Shown here: piece by piece, positions 32,655 to 42,402 of the stretch
How positions within the stretch are numbered: the stretch's first letter is position 1
How the letters are laid out: each line of letters starts with the position of its first letter
IMG/VR virus record: IMGVR_UViG_3300008223_000001
Location: 1 to 56,960 of that record
Direction: 5' to 3' (one strand)
Source of the DNA: a virus
DNA: 56,960 nt
The notes under the pieces: generated by a model
Databases searched by the model: none
The model's input: only the letters and a program-made list of their open reading frames with translations
Told to the model about the DNA's origin: nothing
Program-made: the position numbers and the translations under genes

Positions 32655-33886
32655 TGATATACGTCGTTTTAAAAAGCGCAGACGATGAACCCGCATTTAC
32701 CAAACTGCTTGACGATGAAGGCTACACGTATACCGACTTTAAGAACCTCCCGACCATGTTTAGCGTCAATACACCGCTAAATACCTTTAAATTTAAAGAG
32801 AGTCCCTTAATTGAAAGTATCGATGATGGTGATGAGGGGGAAAGCCAGCCAACTTCATTTGATTACACAGATACACCCTTGCCAGATTGTCGTTCTCGAC
32901 GCAGAGATTATACCGATGTGGGCTCGGCTGAACGGGGGGACTCGTGGGCACTGGCTCGAATGTGTAGACGGAAGAACCCCTTTAGCAGAACCCGTGCACC
33001 TTATAACAGTCAACCGTCATTCAAACGAGCAACCCGAACAGGGGTGGGCGTTAATATTTATATCGTGGATCTTGGTATGGACACCTCGCATCCTGATTTT
33101 GAAGGGCGTGCATTTGGCTTAGACGGCAACCCGTTTATCTGGGATTTTCCTGATTCGGGCAATCACGGCTTATTAACCTCGTCTAATACTATTGGTAAAC
33201 GATGCGGGATGGCGACCGGTGCAACGCTGTACTTTGAAGATGCCCCCCTTATTGATAGTCACAAAGGGCAAATGATCCCCAAAATTGACGCGATTATTGC
33301 TCACTACATTGCACAGGGTAAACCTGCCGTTGTCAGCTTTTCCATTGGAGTAAAAGCAGCCACCCAAGCTTCATCCATGGCGGCGTTTAGACTTTTGGCC
33401 GATGCTGGCTTAATAAGCTGTCATTCTGGGGGTAATAATTTTGAAGACTTTGTGACACTGCCCAGAGCGTTTACTGATAGCGACGACGACATGATCGTCG
33501 TGGGTGGCTCTAGCATCGATGACAATTTAATGCGGTTCAATATCGGGGGTACAGGCTCAAGCGAACGTGTCGATATTTATGCCCCTGGTCAAGCATTGTT
33601 GACGGCGTGGCCTAACAGCAATTACAGAGGGGCGTCAGGCACTAGCATGGCAACACCGCTAGTCGCTGGCGTACTTGCGTGCATGCTCGAAGGTTACCAA
33701 AGAATGACCACCCGCGCCGAGGTGCAAGCGCTCAGAAAGAAGTTGATCGAAAATTCCACCAAAGGGGTTTTACGCGTTTCGGAAGTTGATAGGCAGAAGT
33801 TTCACTTTTTTGATAATAAAAACCGTCTCGTATACCTAGATCCAGAATTAGCAATTGAAGATATTGAAGGGCTGACAAAAGCATGA
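32654..33886 (+). CDS. Subtilisin-like serine protease (S8) with an N-terminal propeptide-like region
   Basis: Asp: VNIYIVDLGMDTSHPDF. His: SGNHGLLTSS. Asn: HSGGNN. Ser: GASGTSMATPLVAGVLA. The N-terminus MIYVVLKSADDEP...FKESPLIESID resembles an I9 propeptide. No signal peptide. Confidence 0.8.
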   Translation: MIYVVLKSADDEPAFTKLLDDEGYTYTDFKNLPTMFSVNTPLNTFKFKESPLIESIDDGDEGESQPTSFDYTDTPLPDCRSRRRDYTDVGSAERGDSWALARMCRRKNPFSRTRAPYNSQPSFKRATRTGVGVNIYIVDLGMDTSHPDFEGRAFGLDGNPFIWDFPDSGNHGLLTSSNTIGKRCGMATGATLYFEDAPLIDSHKGQMIPKIDAIIAHYIAQGKPAVVSFSIGVKAATQASSMAAFRLLADAGLISCHSGGNNFEDFVTLPRAFTDSDDDMIVVGGSSIDDNLMRFNIGGTGSSERVDIYAPGQALLTAWPNSNYRGASGTSMATPLVAGVLACMLEGYQRMTTRAEVQALRKKLIENSTKGVLRVSEVDRQKFHFFDNKNRLVYLDPELAIEDIEGLTKA

Positions 33887-34287
33887 CAGATTTAATTCAT
33901 ATAGATGTTATTGATAACGGACTCGCGACGCTCATAGGCACCACACTGAATGCGTGTATCACCCAAACCGAACCGCTTGTGTTAAATGATTGCTCAAATG
34001 CGAGTGGGTCAGGCGGTAAGCGCATTGTCAGTGAAAACGCTTACGCATCCGGTGAGATTACGCTCGTCCAAGGTGATAACGCAAATAGTCGAAAGCTGAT
34101 CTTTCCACCGAAAAAGTTTACTGACGCTGTGTTAGCGGATGTGGATATCGGGGTCGCTGACTATTGGCTGGCTGTTTACGACGGGACACGAATTCTCTAC
34201 AAAACCAACCGCATCACCGCAAGAACAATTGCCATTGGTGGTACGGTAATTTCTGCAACCCTAGAGTATGAAATCAGGCAACTATAA
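33883..34287 (+). CDS. Structural protein, hypothetical
   Basis: 134-aa ORF, translationally coupled (ATGA). Confidence 0.5.
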   Translation: MTDLIHIDVIDNGLATLIGTTLNACITQTEPLVLNDCSNASGSGGKRIVSENAYASGEITLVQGDNANSRKLIFPPKKFTDAVLADVDIGVADYWLAVYDGTRILYKTNRITARTIAIGGTVISATLEYEIRQL

Positions 34288-34691
34288 TGACACTTCAAGC
34301 AGGCTTGCACGCACTGACTGTCACCTCAGTTGATGCCGATGGAATTGATGGTGATAGCACGATACAAACAATATCTATCGGGGGCTCTCTCGATGTTGTC
34401 ATGACTTTTGCGACGGCGACTGAAACCAGTATTTCAGGTGACCTGATTCTCTTATCCGGTTTAGAGCTGGTTAGTGCTGTCGGAAATGTTGCAGGGGGCG
34501 TCACAACCTTCACCACAAATGGAGCCGTAGATCTCACCACGCAAGCGCTTGTCGCGGTCACCCGTGGCGGTATTGCGCTGACCAGTGTGATTGTGACCAG
34601 TGCTACGACATTCACCGCCATAGAACCGGTAGACGGCTTAGAGCTTGGTGTAAATCATGATGTGATTCTAGAAGTGACAGATGTGATTTAA
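34287..34691 (+). CDS. Structural protein carrying one 'ATETS' module
   Basis: 134 aa. LDVVMTFATATETSISGDLILLSG. Confidence 0.5.
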   Translation: MTLQAGLHALTVTSVDADGIDGDSTIQTISIGGSLDVVMTFATATETSISGDLILLSGLELVSAVGNVAGGVTTFTTNGAVDLTTQALVAVTRGGIALTSVIVTSATTFTAIEPVDGLELGVNHDVILEVTDVI

Positions 34692-34717
34692 AACCAAGCA
34701 GCCCCACCGGAAATATT

Positions 34718-35125
34718 ATGAATAAAGTTCTAATACTGCTTTTAGCGATGCTGTTACCCCTTTCTGGGCTTTCTAAAATCAACGGCGTTAGTGGCTCATC
34801 TGCGACCCGAAAAGAAGGCATTCATTGGGTCAGTGATTACCTTAGTGACAGCATTAATACCCCAAAGTCCATTCATTCCGTCAGGCTATCGTGGGACTAC
34901 CCGACACAAAGAGAAGACGGCTCAGCGTTGGCATTAAATGAAATCAAAGAATATCGCATCTACGATCGCGACACCTTAATCATGACGGTCTCGTTCGATA
35001 CGAAAACAGTCGATATTAATGCGATACGGGGCACGCATTATTACACCATCTCAACGGTCACCATTGATGACAGGGAGGGAGCTAAAAGCTCAACTCTTAA
35101 ATACATCGTTCGGCATACTCAGTAG
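34718..35125 (+). CDS. Signal-peptide-bearing FN3-like protein
   Basis: MNKVLILLLAMLLPLSGLSKINGV, then LSWDYPTQREDGSALALNEIKEYRIY. Confidence 0.55.
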   Translation: MNKVLILLLAMLLPLSGLSKINGVSGSSATRKEGIHWVSDYLSDSINTPKSIHSVRLSWDYPTQREDGSALALNEIKEYRIYDRDTLIMTVSFDTKTVDINAIRGTHYYTISTVTIDDREGAKSSTLKYIVRHTQ

Positions 35126-35140
35126 CGGGAACACAACACC

Positions 35141-36487
35141 ATGACAACATTAACGAGCCCAGCATTTTCGGCTCCGTTTCTACCCGCCCTTGGTGCGGTA
35201 GTGACGTTGGCAGTAGATTATGCCGACCTTCATCCTGATTCTTTCCTTAACAATCCAGCCTACACCGGTTACGACGGATTATTAACAGGGGATCAAATTC
35301 CGTATACGCCTTCGGTACAGCCTTCTGGTAATGCGTGTTCATTGTCGAGTGACGGGCTAATAACGGTTGTCGGGGGAGGATCGCTCACTGAATCTCAAAC
35401 ATTCGACTATGCACTCGTAACAGCCGCTGACAATTATCAGATTGGAGTGCCAGCCGTTGAAACGCTGGTCTATGTCGTCGGGGATGTTAACTTTTCACTC
35501 AGTCCAGCCACTGAAACCAGTATCACGTCATCGTTAGACTTGTTTTCTGAGTTGGATGGCCAAGTGACGGCACGACCCATCACAGGGGGAATCATTGCAG
35601 AAGGGCAGACCCCCACTGCTCATGCGGGTAGTGAGTTGGTTATTGCAACCACAATCCCTGTCATTGATACCGTTGGGGGACTCAGTAAAACAATCGAATT
35701 CAATGGTGAATACACCGACCCCATTTGGACAGCGAGCGATGATTTAGGGTCGTTAGCGATTGTCTGGACGGGGGATGTCGTTGATACCAGCGTAGCGGGT
35801 ATTTATACACGCACAGTGACAGTTACCAATAACATAGGGCAAGCAATGGAAATCTACACGGTTACTGTCATGGCGGACTTTGATTTTAATATCAAATCGC
35901 TCATTTCAGGTGTTCAACAAAATATTGATGCCCCTAAAACCCTCATTAAAGAAATGCTGCGCTGGTCTATTCGCGAATTTTGTGAACGCTCATGGGTGTG
36001 GACGGAAGAGTTATCAGCCTTCAATACCGTGGCCGGCGAAAGTGATTACGCGTTGAATGTCGTGGGCATTGATATTATTTCAATCAAAACCTGTGACTTG
36101 GGGGATCTTGAACTATCCCCCTTATCCGATCCCCGACGTGAACGTATTTCAGCCGGTGTGACCGCTGCTTATTCGCTGCCTAAGCGACGCATGATTCGCT
36201 TGCATGATACCCCGACCAGCGTTTTACCCGTCAAAGTGAATGCGGTGGTGAAAATAGCCCGTGATGGCGATTTCATTGATTCCGATTTTGCCGAGCAATG
36301 GTTCGACCAATTAGTGGCCGGTGCTTTATACAAACTAGGCTCAATCGCCAACAAACCTTGGACAGATTATGCCATGGCGAATTTCCATTACAACGTCTTC
36401 AGGCAAGGATGGGCCGATGCCAAAATTAGTGTGATGACCGGCAATACCAATGCCCAGTCCGTTGTTCAACCCGTTCGTATGTTTTAA
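35141..36487 (+). CDS. Tail protein with an Ig-like module and an adaptor-like C-terminal half
   Basis: 'ATETS' module VNFSLSPATETSITSSLDLF. Ig-like segment GDVVDTSVAGIYTRTVTVTNNIGQ. Confidence 0.55.
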   Translation: MTTLTSPAFSAPFLPALGAVVTLAVDYADLHPDSFLNNPAYTGYDGLLTGDQIPYTPSVQPSGNACSLSSDGLITVVGGGSLTESQTFDYALVTAADNYQIGVPAVETLVYVVGDVNFSLSPATETSITSSLDLFSELDGQVTARPITGGIIAEGQTPTAHAGSELVIATTIPVIDTVGGLSKTIEFNGEYTDPIWTASDDLGSLAIVWTGDVVDTSVAGIYTRTVTVTNNIGQAMEIYTVTVMADFDFNIKSLISGVQQNIDAPKTLIKEMLRWSIREFCERSWVWTEELSAFNTVAGESDYALNVVGIDIISIKTCDLGDLELSPLSDPRRERISAGVTAAYSLPKRRMIRLHDTPTSVLPVKVNAVVKIARDGDFIDSDFAEQWFDQLVAGALYKLGSIANKPWTDYAMANFHYNVFRQGWADAKISVMTGNTNAQSVVQPVRMF

Positions 36488-36499
36488 GGAGTTCGTTTT

Positions 36500-37714
36500 A
36501 TGTCAATTACATGGTATCGCACTGGCACCGTCACGCTGACCAATGGTAGTGCGATTGCGGTGGGGGATGGCACAGCGTGGTTAAGCAATGCCAAAGCCGG
36601 TGATATGTTTATCGCGGCTGTAGATGGGAAAGTGTATGAAGTACTCAGCGTCGGCACCAATACAGAGTTAACCCTACAATCGGAATTTACCGGTGTGACA
36701 GGGGCGGCTCTGCTTTATGCCACCATTCCTCTACCTAGTTCTGTTTCAAACTCTGAGTTAGCACTGCAACTAGCGGCATTGGTCGGTCGCTGGAATGTGC
36801 GTGAAGACCAAATGATTAATTGGTTAGGCAGTCTAGGCTCCGTGACAATTACCGACTCAGGAGGCCAAGACCATGTGGTATTAACACCACAACAATTAGC
36901 CCTTGATTATGACACGATCGCTGCGGCTGATTTTAACGTGCTGAATGCTGCGGCAAGCACGTCGGCTGACGAAGCCTTAGCCAGCGCCAATAGTGCGACC
37001 CAAAGCGCCAATCAAACCACTGCCGATTTGGCTGCCATTGTCATTTTAAAAGACAGTGCGGCTGCCAGCGAATCAGAAGCGATTACCTATGCAGGACTCG
37101 CCGAGCAATCAAAAAATAATGCCGATGCCGCTGTTGATAGCGCTGATAATCATAAAATTGCAGCGAATACTCATCGTGCCGATGCGGTGATTGCGAAAGA
37201 TGCAGCGCTCGTAAGCGAGGGAAATGCCGCCGATAGCGCCACGGATGCGGGGCTTCAGCGTGCCAATTGTGAAGCCTTTAAAAATGCAGCCGGTGTCAGC
37301 GAAACCAATGCCGCAACCAGCGAGCAAAATGCCGCTGCAGCCGAAGCCAGTATTGTTCAGTCAGCGAATACAGCCACCGATAAAGCGAATGCGGCGACGC
37401 TCTCAGCCGATGCGGCCGAAGCCTCCGCAAATTCAATCCTCGATACATGGGTAGAAAAGTTCTCCGGAAGCGCGACGTTGGTTCAAAACACATGGGGCGA
37501 AGGAACTTTTCGTGTGGTGACTGACCAAGATATCGGAAACACCATCAATGTGATCGAAGGCATCGTGCAACAAGGGGGCACGATGTATGACAACGGCATT
37601 GCGATGCATCATGTGCGCCGAAGTCAAGTGGGTCAATTTAATGTCGTGATACGAAGTCACGGGCAAGTCAGTAGTTCACTTTCAAACATCACAAAGATCT
37701 ATAAGTGGGAATAA
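36500..37714 (+). CDS. Tail fibre protein (Ala-rich coiled shaft)
   Basis: N-terminus ITWYRTGTVTLTNGSAIAVGDGTAW. The shaft has SADEALASANSATQSANQTTADLAA-type repeats. Confidence 0.6.
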   Translation: MSITWYRTGTVTLTNGSAIAVGDGTAWLSNAKAGDMFIAAVDGKVYEVLSVGTNTELTLQSEFTGVTGAALLYATIPLPSSVSNSELALQLAALVGRWNVREDQMINWLGSLGSVTITDSGGQDHVVLTPQQLALDYDTIAAADFNVLNAAASTSADEALASANSATQSANQTTADLAAIVILKDSAAASESEAITYAGLAEQSKNNADAAVDSADNHKIAANTHRADAVIAKDAALVSEGNAADSATDAGLQRANCEAFKNAAGVSETNAATSEQNAAAAEASIVQSANTATDKANAATLSADAAEASANSILDTWVEKFSGSATLVQNTWGEGTFRVVTDQDIGNTINVIEGIVQQGGTMYDNGIAMHHVRRSQVGQFNVVIRSHGQVSSSLSNITKIYKWE

Positions 37715-37718
37715 GCAG

Positions 37719-38294
37719 ATGAAACGAATTTTTTTAAATCAAGACGGGCCTACGTTTGAATGGGAGTCATTCCGTGACAATGAGGACAATGCCTACGTTG
37801 AAACTAGACCCTTTGTTGAAGTTGCCGACACCGTTGATATCTCACTAAAAACAGTCGAGGCCGGTGTACTACGTGACATGACGCAAGATGAGATTGATAC
37901 TAAAAATGCAGACGCGATGGTGTTGGCAAAAGACCAGGCACTATTCGCAGTCGATCAACAAGCGACCTTTACCCGCGATCGTTATCGCTCTCAGAACAAA
38001 GCCTCAACCTACACCAATAAAGCCGAGGAGCTGAAACGCTGGATAAGCGATGCTCGACCCAGTTCTTTTGCGGTGGGTACTTACCCGTATATGGAAAAGG
38101 AAGCGGCACGCACGTCGCGCACTTTTTTAGAAATGACCGCTGTGATTGAGGCGACACTCACGGCATGGATTGAGCTGGATTCAAACATTGAAGCGGCGTG
38201 TTTAGGCTGCAAACACCTCATTAATCTCGCCATCGATACACCGGCGATTTTGACTGCGAAAGATAATGGCCTCGCTGAATTAAACCAACTCTGA
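37719..38294 (+). CDS. Hypothetical protein (possible fibre assembly/accessory)
   Basis: 191-aa ORF directly after the fibre gene. The call rests on position only. Confidence 0.35.
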   Translation: MKRIFLNQDGPTFEWESFRDNEDNAYVETRPFVEVADTVDISLKTVEAGVLRDMTQDEIDTKNADAMVLAKDQALFAVDQQATFTRDRYRSQNKASTYTNKAEELKRWISDARPSSFAVGTYPYMEKEAARTSRTFLEMTAVIEATLTAWIELDSNIEAACLGCKHLINLAIDTPAILTAKDNGLAELNQL

Positions 38295-38301
38295 GATTTT
38301 T

Positions 38302-39927
38302 ATGACCGCGTACCATATTCGCACCTTCAATGGTGAAATCCCTAAATTATCCCGTCGTTTATTACCGGAAGACATGGCAGACAGCGCCATTGATTGTAAG
38401 TTTGATAGTGGTCAAATTACCCCTTGGAAAGACAACACCTTAGTTCAAGCCTTACCAACGAGTAATGCCATCAGTACGTTTTTATATCGGGATGATCATT
38501 GGTTTAGCTGGGATAAAGATGTCGATATCGTGCGCTCACAAATTGCCGGCGATACCGATAATACCGTGTATTTTACCGGTGATGGCTATCCCAAAATGAC
38601 CAAACAAGATCTTGCGATCGGCGTCGGAGCGATGCCGGATGTCAGTTATCGACTTGGTATTCCGGCTCCGGAGTCACTGAGTTTTGAAGTGCTCAACACC
38701 GGCAATGGCGAGATTTTACGCGAAACACTGTATACCTATACCTTTGTCAATGCCTTTGGGGAAGAGGGGCCGCCAGCCACACCGACGGATCTAATCACCG
38801 TGGAAGGCGATCAAGAAGTGACCCTAACGCTACCGGCACCGCCCACCGGTGACTTTAATTTCGGCTCCGGTTCTTTAAAACGTATCTATCGCACCGCCGC
38901 CGGCAATGCGAATTCAGAGTTTCAGTTAGTCGCACAAACCCCGATCGGTAATACCACGTTTGTCGATACCGTTGGCGATGATGTCTTGGGTGAGATCATG
39001 CCGACTGAAGGCTGGTTAGGGCCAGCCGATGATGACTTAAGCAAATACCCGCAGGGGCCAATGGTTGGACTAACCGCACTACCCAATGGGGGTATGGTCG
39101 GGTTCTTTGGCAATACCCTCGCGTTTTGCGAACCCTACATTCCCTATGCATGGCCCTATGCCTACCGGTTTTCAATTACCAGCAAAGTGGTGGCGATCGC
39201 CAATACCTCAGCCGGCTTGGTGGTTGGCACCACGGGTAAACCGTACGCCGCAATTGGTTATGATCCGACGTCCATTAATCTCATTGAAATAGATGTTAAG
39301 CAAGCATGTGTCAGTAAGCGCTCGATGGTCGATATGGGGATTTATGCCTTATATGCCTCACCCGATGGTTTAGTTTCAGCCGCCGGCACGCAAGCCGAAT
39401 TGATTACAGATCGTTTGATTACCCGTGAGCAGTGGCAAGCCTTGAACCCTGAAAGTATCCACGCCTTTCATTATGACGGTCGTTACTTTGGCTTTTATGA
39501 TAATGGCATTGATAAGCGAGGCTTTATCTTTGATCCGCGTGGTGGCAAGAACGCCTTAATGTGGCTGTCTTTCTATGCGGTCGGGGGGTATGCCGACCTT
39601 AAAACCGATTCGCTGTATTTAATCGGTGAAGATAACAACCTGTATTTGTTTGATAGTCATGCCAACAGCCTCGTGGCCACATGGCGCTCGAAAGAGTTTG
39701 TCTCATCGCGGCCGATCAATATGGGCTGGTTGCGGGTTCAAGCCAGTGGCTATCCTGTGACCGTGAATGTGTATGGGGATGAGGGCATGAATACACAAGC
39801 CGTGCTCTCAGAAGAACCCACCCCCTTACCGGCCGGTTTCTTATCGCGATCTTGGTCAGTGGAAGTGGTGAGCAACGAGATTATTGACTCCGTATCCATA
39901 GGCGAATCACTAAGAGAAGTTATTTAA
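38302..39927 (+). CDS. Tail structural protein, hypothetical
   Basis: 541-aa ORF. Confidence 0.5.
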   Translation: MTAYHIRTFNGEIPKLSRRLLPEDMADSAIDCKFDSGQITPWKDNTLVQALPTSNAISTFLYRDDHWFSWDKDVDIVRSQIAGDTDNTVYFTGDGYPKMTKQDLAIGVGAMPDVSYRLGIPAPESLSFEVLNTGNGEILRETLYTYTFVNAFGEEGPPATPTDLITVEGDQEVTLTLPAPPTGDFNFGSGSLKRIYRTAAGNANSEFQLVAQTPIGNTTFVDTVGDDVLGEIMPTEGWLGPADDDLSKYPQGPMVGLTALPNGGMVGFFGNTLAFCEPYIPYAWPYAYRFSITSKVVAIANTSAGLVVGTTGKPYAAIGYDPTSINLIEIDVKQACVSKRSMVDMGIYALYASPDGLVSAAGTQAELITDRLITREQWQALNPESIHAFHYDGRYFGFYDNGIDKRGFIFDPRGGKNALMWLSFYAVGGYADLKTDSLYLIGEDNNLYLFDSHANSLVATWRSKEFVSSRPINMGWLRVQASGYPVTVNVYGDEGMNTQAVLSEEPTPLPAGFLSRSWSVEVVSNEIIDSVSIGESLREVI

Positions 39928-42020
39928 TGCCTTTAATCAAGAACCTGTTTAAAGAATTGAAGCAGCGTGCCACCAAAGTACCGGCGATTCCCCCACCCAA
40001 TGCGCAGAATTTGCCCAGTGTCGTGGCACAACTGAAAGAAGCACTGGAAATCCGTTTGGGGCGTCGGGGTCATGAAGTTGATCGTGCGGTGACGATACGT
40101 GATTTAGCCGACAGCAACATGATTACCATTATGCCCGTCGTTGGTAGCCCTCTTAGTAGCACTCCCGTGGATGGAGGCACAGGCTTTGTCGGGGGTTGGG
40201 TTGATTTAGAAATTCCACCTAAACCGCTGAATCTTGAAGCGGTGGGCGCGTTTAATTTGATTGCGGTGAAATGGACACCTTCGACCCAAGGAGGGCATAG
40301 TTTTACTGAAGTGTACCGCAGTGAAACGGATGACTTTACCACTAAAAAATTAATCGGAACCAGTCAAACCCGTTTTTATGCCGATCAAGTGGCCACGGGT
40401 TCGACCTATTTTTATTGGATTCGTTTTGTGTCGAATGCCAATTTTTTTGGCCCCTACAATGATATTACCGGCACCGAAGGCAATACCTCACAAGACCCGC
40501 AAGCCGTGGCCGATATTCTCGCCGGCTTAATCTCGAACAATGAATTAGCGCAGCACTTACGCACACCCATTTCACTCATCCCGTCGATCTCGGACGCAGC
40601 AAATGCCGCCAATTCAACCGCGAGTGCCGCCAGTTCAGCCGCCAGTGCAGCCGTGGCAAGTGCGCAAGCGGCCGCACAAAGTGCAGACGAAGCCAGAGCA
40701 ATTGCCGATCAAGCGATCATCGATGCGGAAGCCGCCTTGGATGAAGCCAAAGATGCGGCCGTCGTGGCGCTTGAAGCGTTAAATGGCAACGATAGTCATA
40801 CCATTTCAGTGGGCAGTGCCTTAGTTCAAAATGAACAAACCGCTGAAGCGTTATTAGAGGCTTTGGTGACGCAAGATGCTGAAATCCGTAATCTGGATTT
40901 TAGTGGCGTCTCTTTATCGCTGGCGATTGCCAAGCTTGATACCAAGGTCGAAGAAAACTATGCCTTAGCGACACAGACTGATTTATTGTTTACCGCAGTC
41001 AATGAGAATAATGCCTTAGTCAGTGAGATAAGCACGTCAGTCTCAGACCTAGATTCCGCCACCGGTGAATCCATTCGTGTGCTCAGTGCACAGGCCGGCG
41101 CAAATGCCGCAGCGATCACCAACCAAATTAAAGCGTTTACCGATAGTCAAACCGCGTACACCGAAGCCACGCAGCTACTGAAAAACGCCGTGGGCCAAAA
41201 TACGGCCGATATTACCAATCAGATTAAAGCCTTTTCCGATGCGCAAAGTGCGTATGCACAGGCCACCGTAACCTTGAATGCACAGACATCGGCCAACACT
41301 GCGAGCATTACCAAATTCGCTAAAGCCGTGGTTGATAATGACAGTGCCACCACCGAATCACTACGCCAACTCAGCGCCACGGTCGGCGAAAATAAAGCAC
41401 AAATTATTAGCCAAGTGAGAGCTTACGCGGATAGCGGCATTGCCTCGGCTGAAGCGGTGGAAATTCTGACAGTTAAAGTGGGGGCGAATGAAGGCTCCAT
41501 TTTAACGCATACCGGCGCAATCGCGACCCTTGAAGACGTGCAGCTATCGTTTAGTGCAGTGTTTGATAATAATGGGTACGTGTCCGGATATGGCTTCTAT
41601 AACAACGGCCCCAGTGACAGTGGGTTTATTATTAATGCCGATAACTTTTACATTCTAGATCCCAGTGGCGATATCGCCACTGAACCGGTGTTTGCGATCG
41701 CGAAACTTGAGGGCGTGAATACCATGCTACTCAATGCCAAAGCTTACATTCCGGATGCCAGTATTACTAATTTGATGGTCAAGGAATTAGCGGCTGATAA
41801 AATATTGGCCGGTATCATACAAGTGGCGATCGAATTACAAGCCGCTAAAATCACAGGTGGCGAATTAGACATTGGTAATGGAAAGTTTCATGTTGAGCCC
41901 AATGGTACGACCACGATCTCAAGTGGCGTAGAGGGTTCGCGACAGGTGATCACCAATGACACCATTAAAATCTACGACACGGGGACGTTACGTGTCCATA
42001 TTGGCAACTTGAGCGCATAA
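39927..42020 (+). CDS. Host-specificity / central-fibre-like protein with FN3 and periodic coiled shaft
   Basis: VDRAVTIRDLADSNM. FN3 segment LEAVGAFNLIAVKWTP...YFYWIRFVS. Repeats of about 35 aa: ITNQIKAFTDSQTAYTEAT and ITNQIKAFSDAQSAYAQAT. Confidence 0.6.
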   Translation: MPLIKNLFKELKQRATKVPAIPPPNAQNLPSVVAQLKEALEIRLGRRGHEVDRAVTIRDLADSNMITIMPVVGSPLSSTPVDGGTGFVGGWVDLEIPPKPLNLEAVGAFNLIAVKWTPSTQGGHSFTEVYRSETDDFTTKKLIGTSQTRFYADQVATGSTYFYWIRFVSNANFFGPYNDITGTEGNTSQDPQAVADILAGLISNNELAQHLRTPISLIPSISDAANAANSTASAASSAASAAVASAQAAAQSADEARAIADQAIIDAEAALDEAKDAAVVALEALNGNDSHTISVGSALVQNEQTAEALLEALVTQDAEIRNLDFSGVSLSLAIAKLDTKVEENYALATQTDLLFTAVNENNALVSEISTSVSDLDSATGESIRVLSAQAGANAAAITNQIKAFTDSQTAYTEATQLLKNAVGQNTADITNQIKAFSDAQSAYAQATVTLNAQTSANTASITKFAKAVVDNDSATTESLRQLSATVGENKAQIISQVRAYADSGIASAEAVEILTVKVGANEGSILTHTGAIATLEDVQLSFSAVFDNNGYVSGYGFYNNGPSDSGFIINADNFYILDPSGDIATEPVFAIAKLEGVNTMLLNAKAYIPDASITNLMVKELAADKILAGIIQVAIELQAAKITGGELDIGNGKFHVEPNGTTTISSGVEGSRQVITNDTIKIYDTGTLRVHIGNLSA

Positions 42021-42021
42021 C

Positions 42022-42402
42022 ATGGCATACGGTCTATTAACCTACGATGAAAATGGCGTCTTGCAGTTTGATTCACGCAAGTTCAACTTGCTTTATCTTC
42101 AAGACGTAGAAATTAATGAGGCAGATCTCAATAGTTTGATCCCGATGAATACCAACTTTAAATTAGCTTTATTTATCGAACCGGATGGCGCGATTGGGGA
42201 GAAATTTAAATCCATCGATCTATGGGACTATAGCGAAACAGACTTTGGGCTAACCGGCCTCGCGTGCCCAAACAACATCATTCCGTCTTATTCGTCTAGC
42301 TCTGCAAGTATCTTTGTTTCGGGCTTTCCGGACAGCAGTTATTTAGCCGACTTTAGACCAACCATCGCGCGGGTGTTTCATTATGGGGTCGATATCGTAT
42401 GA
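42022..42402 (+). CDS. Hypothetical tail-associated protein
   Basis: 126-aa ORF. Confidence 0.45.
   Translation: MAYGLLTYDENGVLQFDSRKFNLLYLQDVEINEADLNSLIPMNTNFKLALFIEPDGAIGEKFKSIDLWDYSETDFGLTGLACPNNIIPSYSSSSASIFVSGFPDSSYLADFRPTIARVFHYGVDIV

Noticed and set aside
30674-42020. Possibility of a diversity-generating retroelement or phase-variable fibre cassette, given the repeated modules in the tail genes.
   Set aside because: There is no reverse transcriptase, no template/variable repeat pair at the DNA level, and no invertible-segment inverted repeats. The repeats are protein-module level only.
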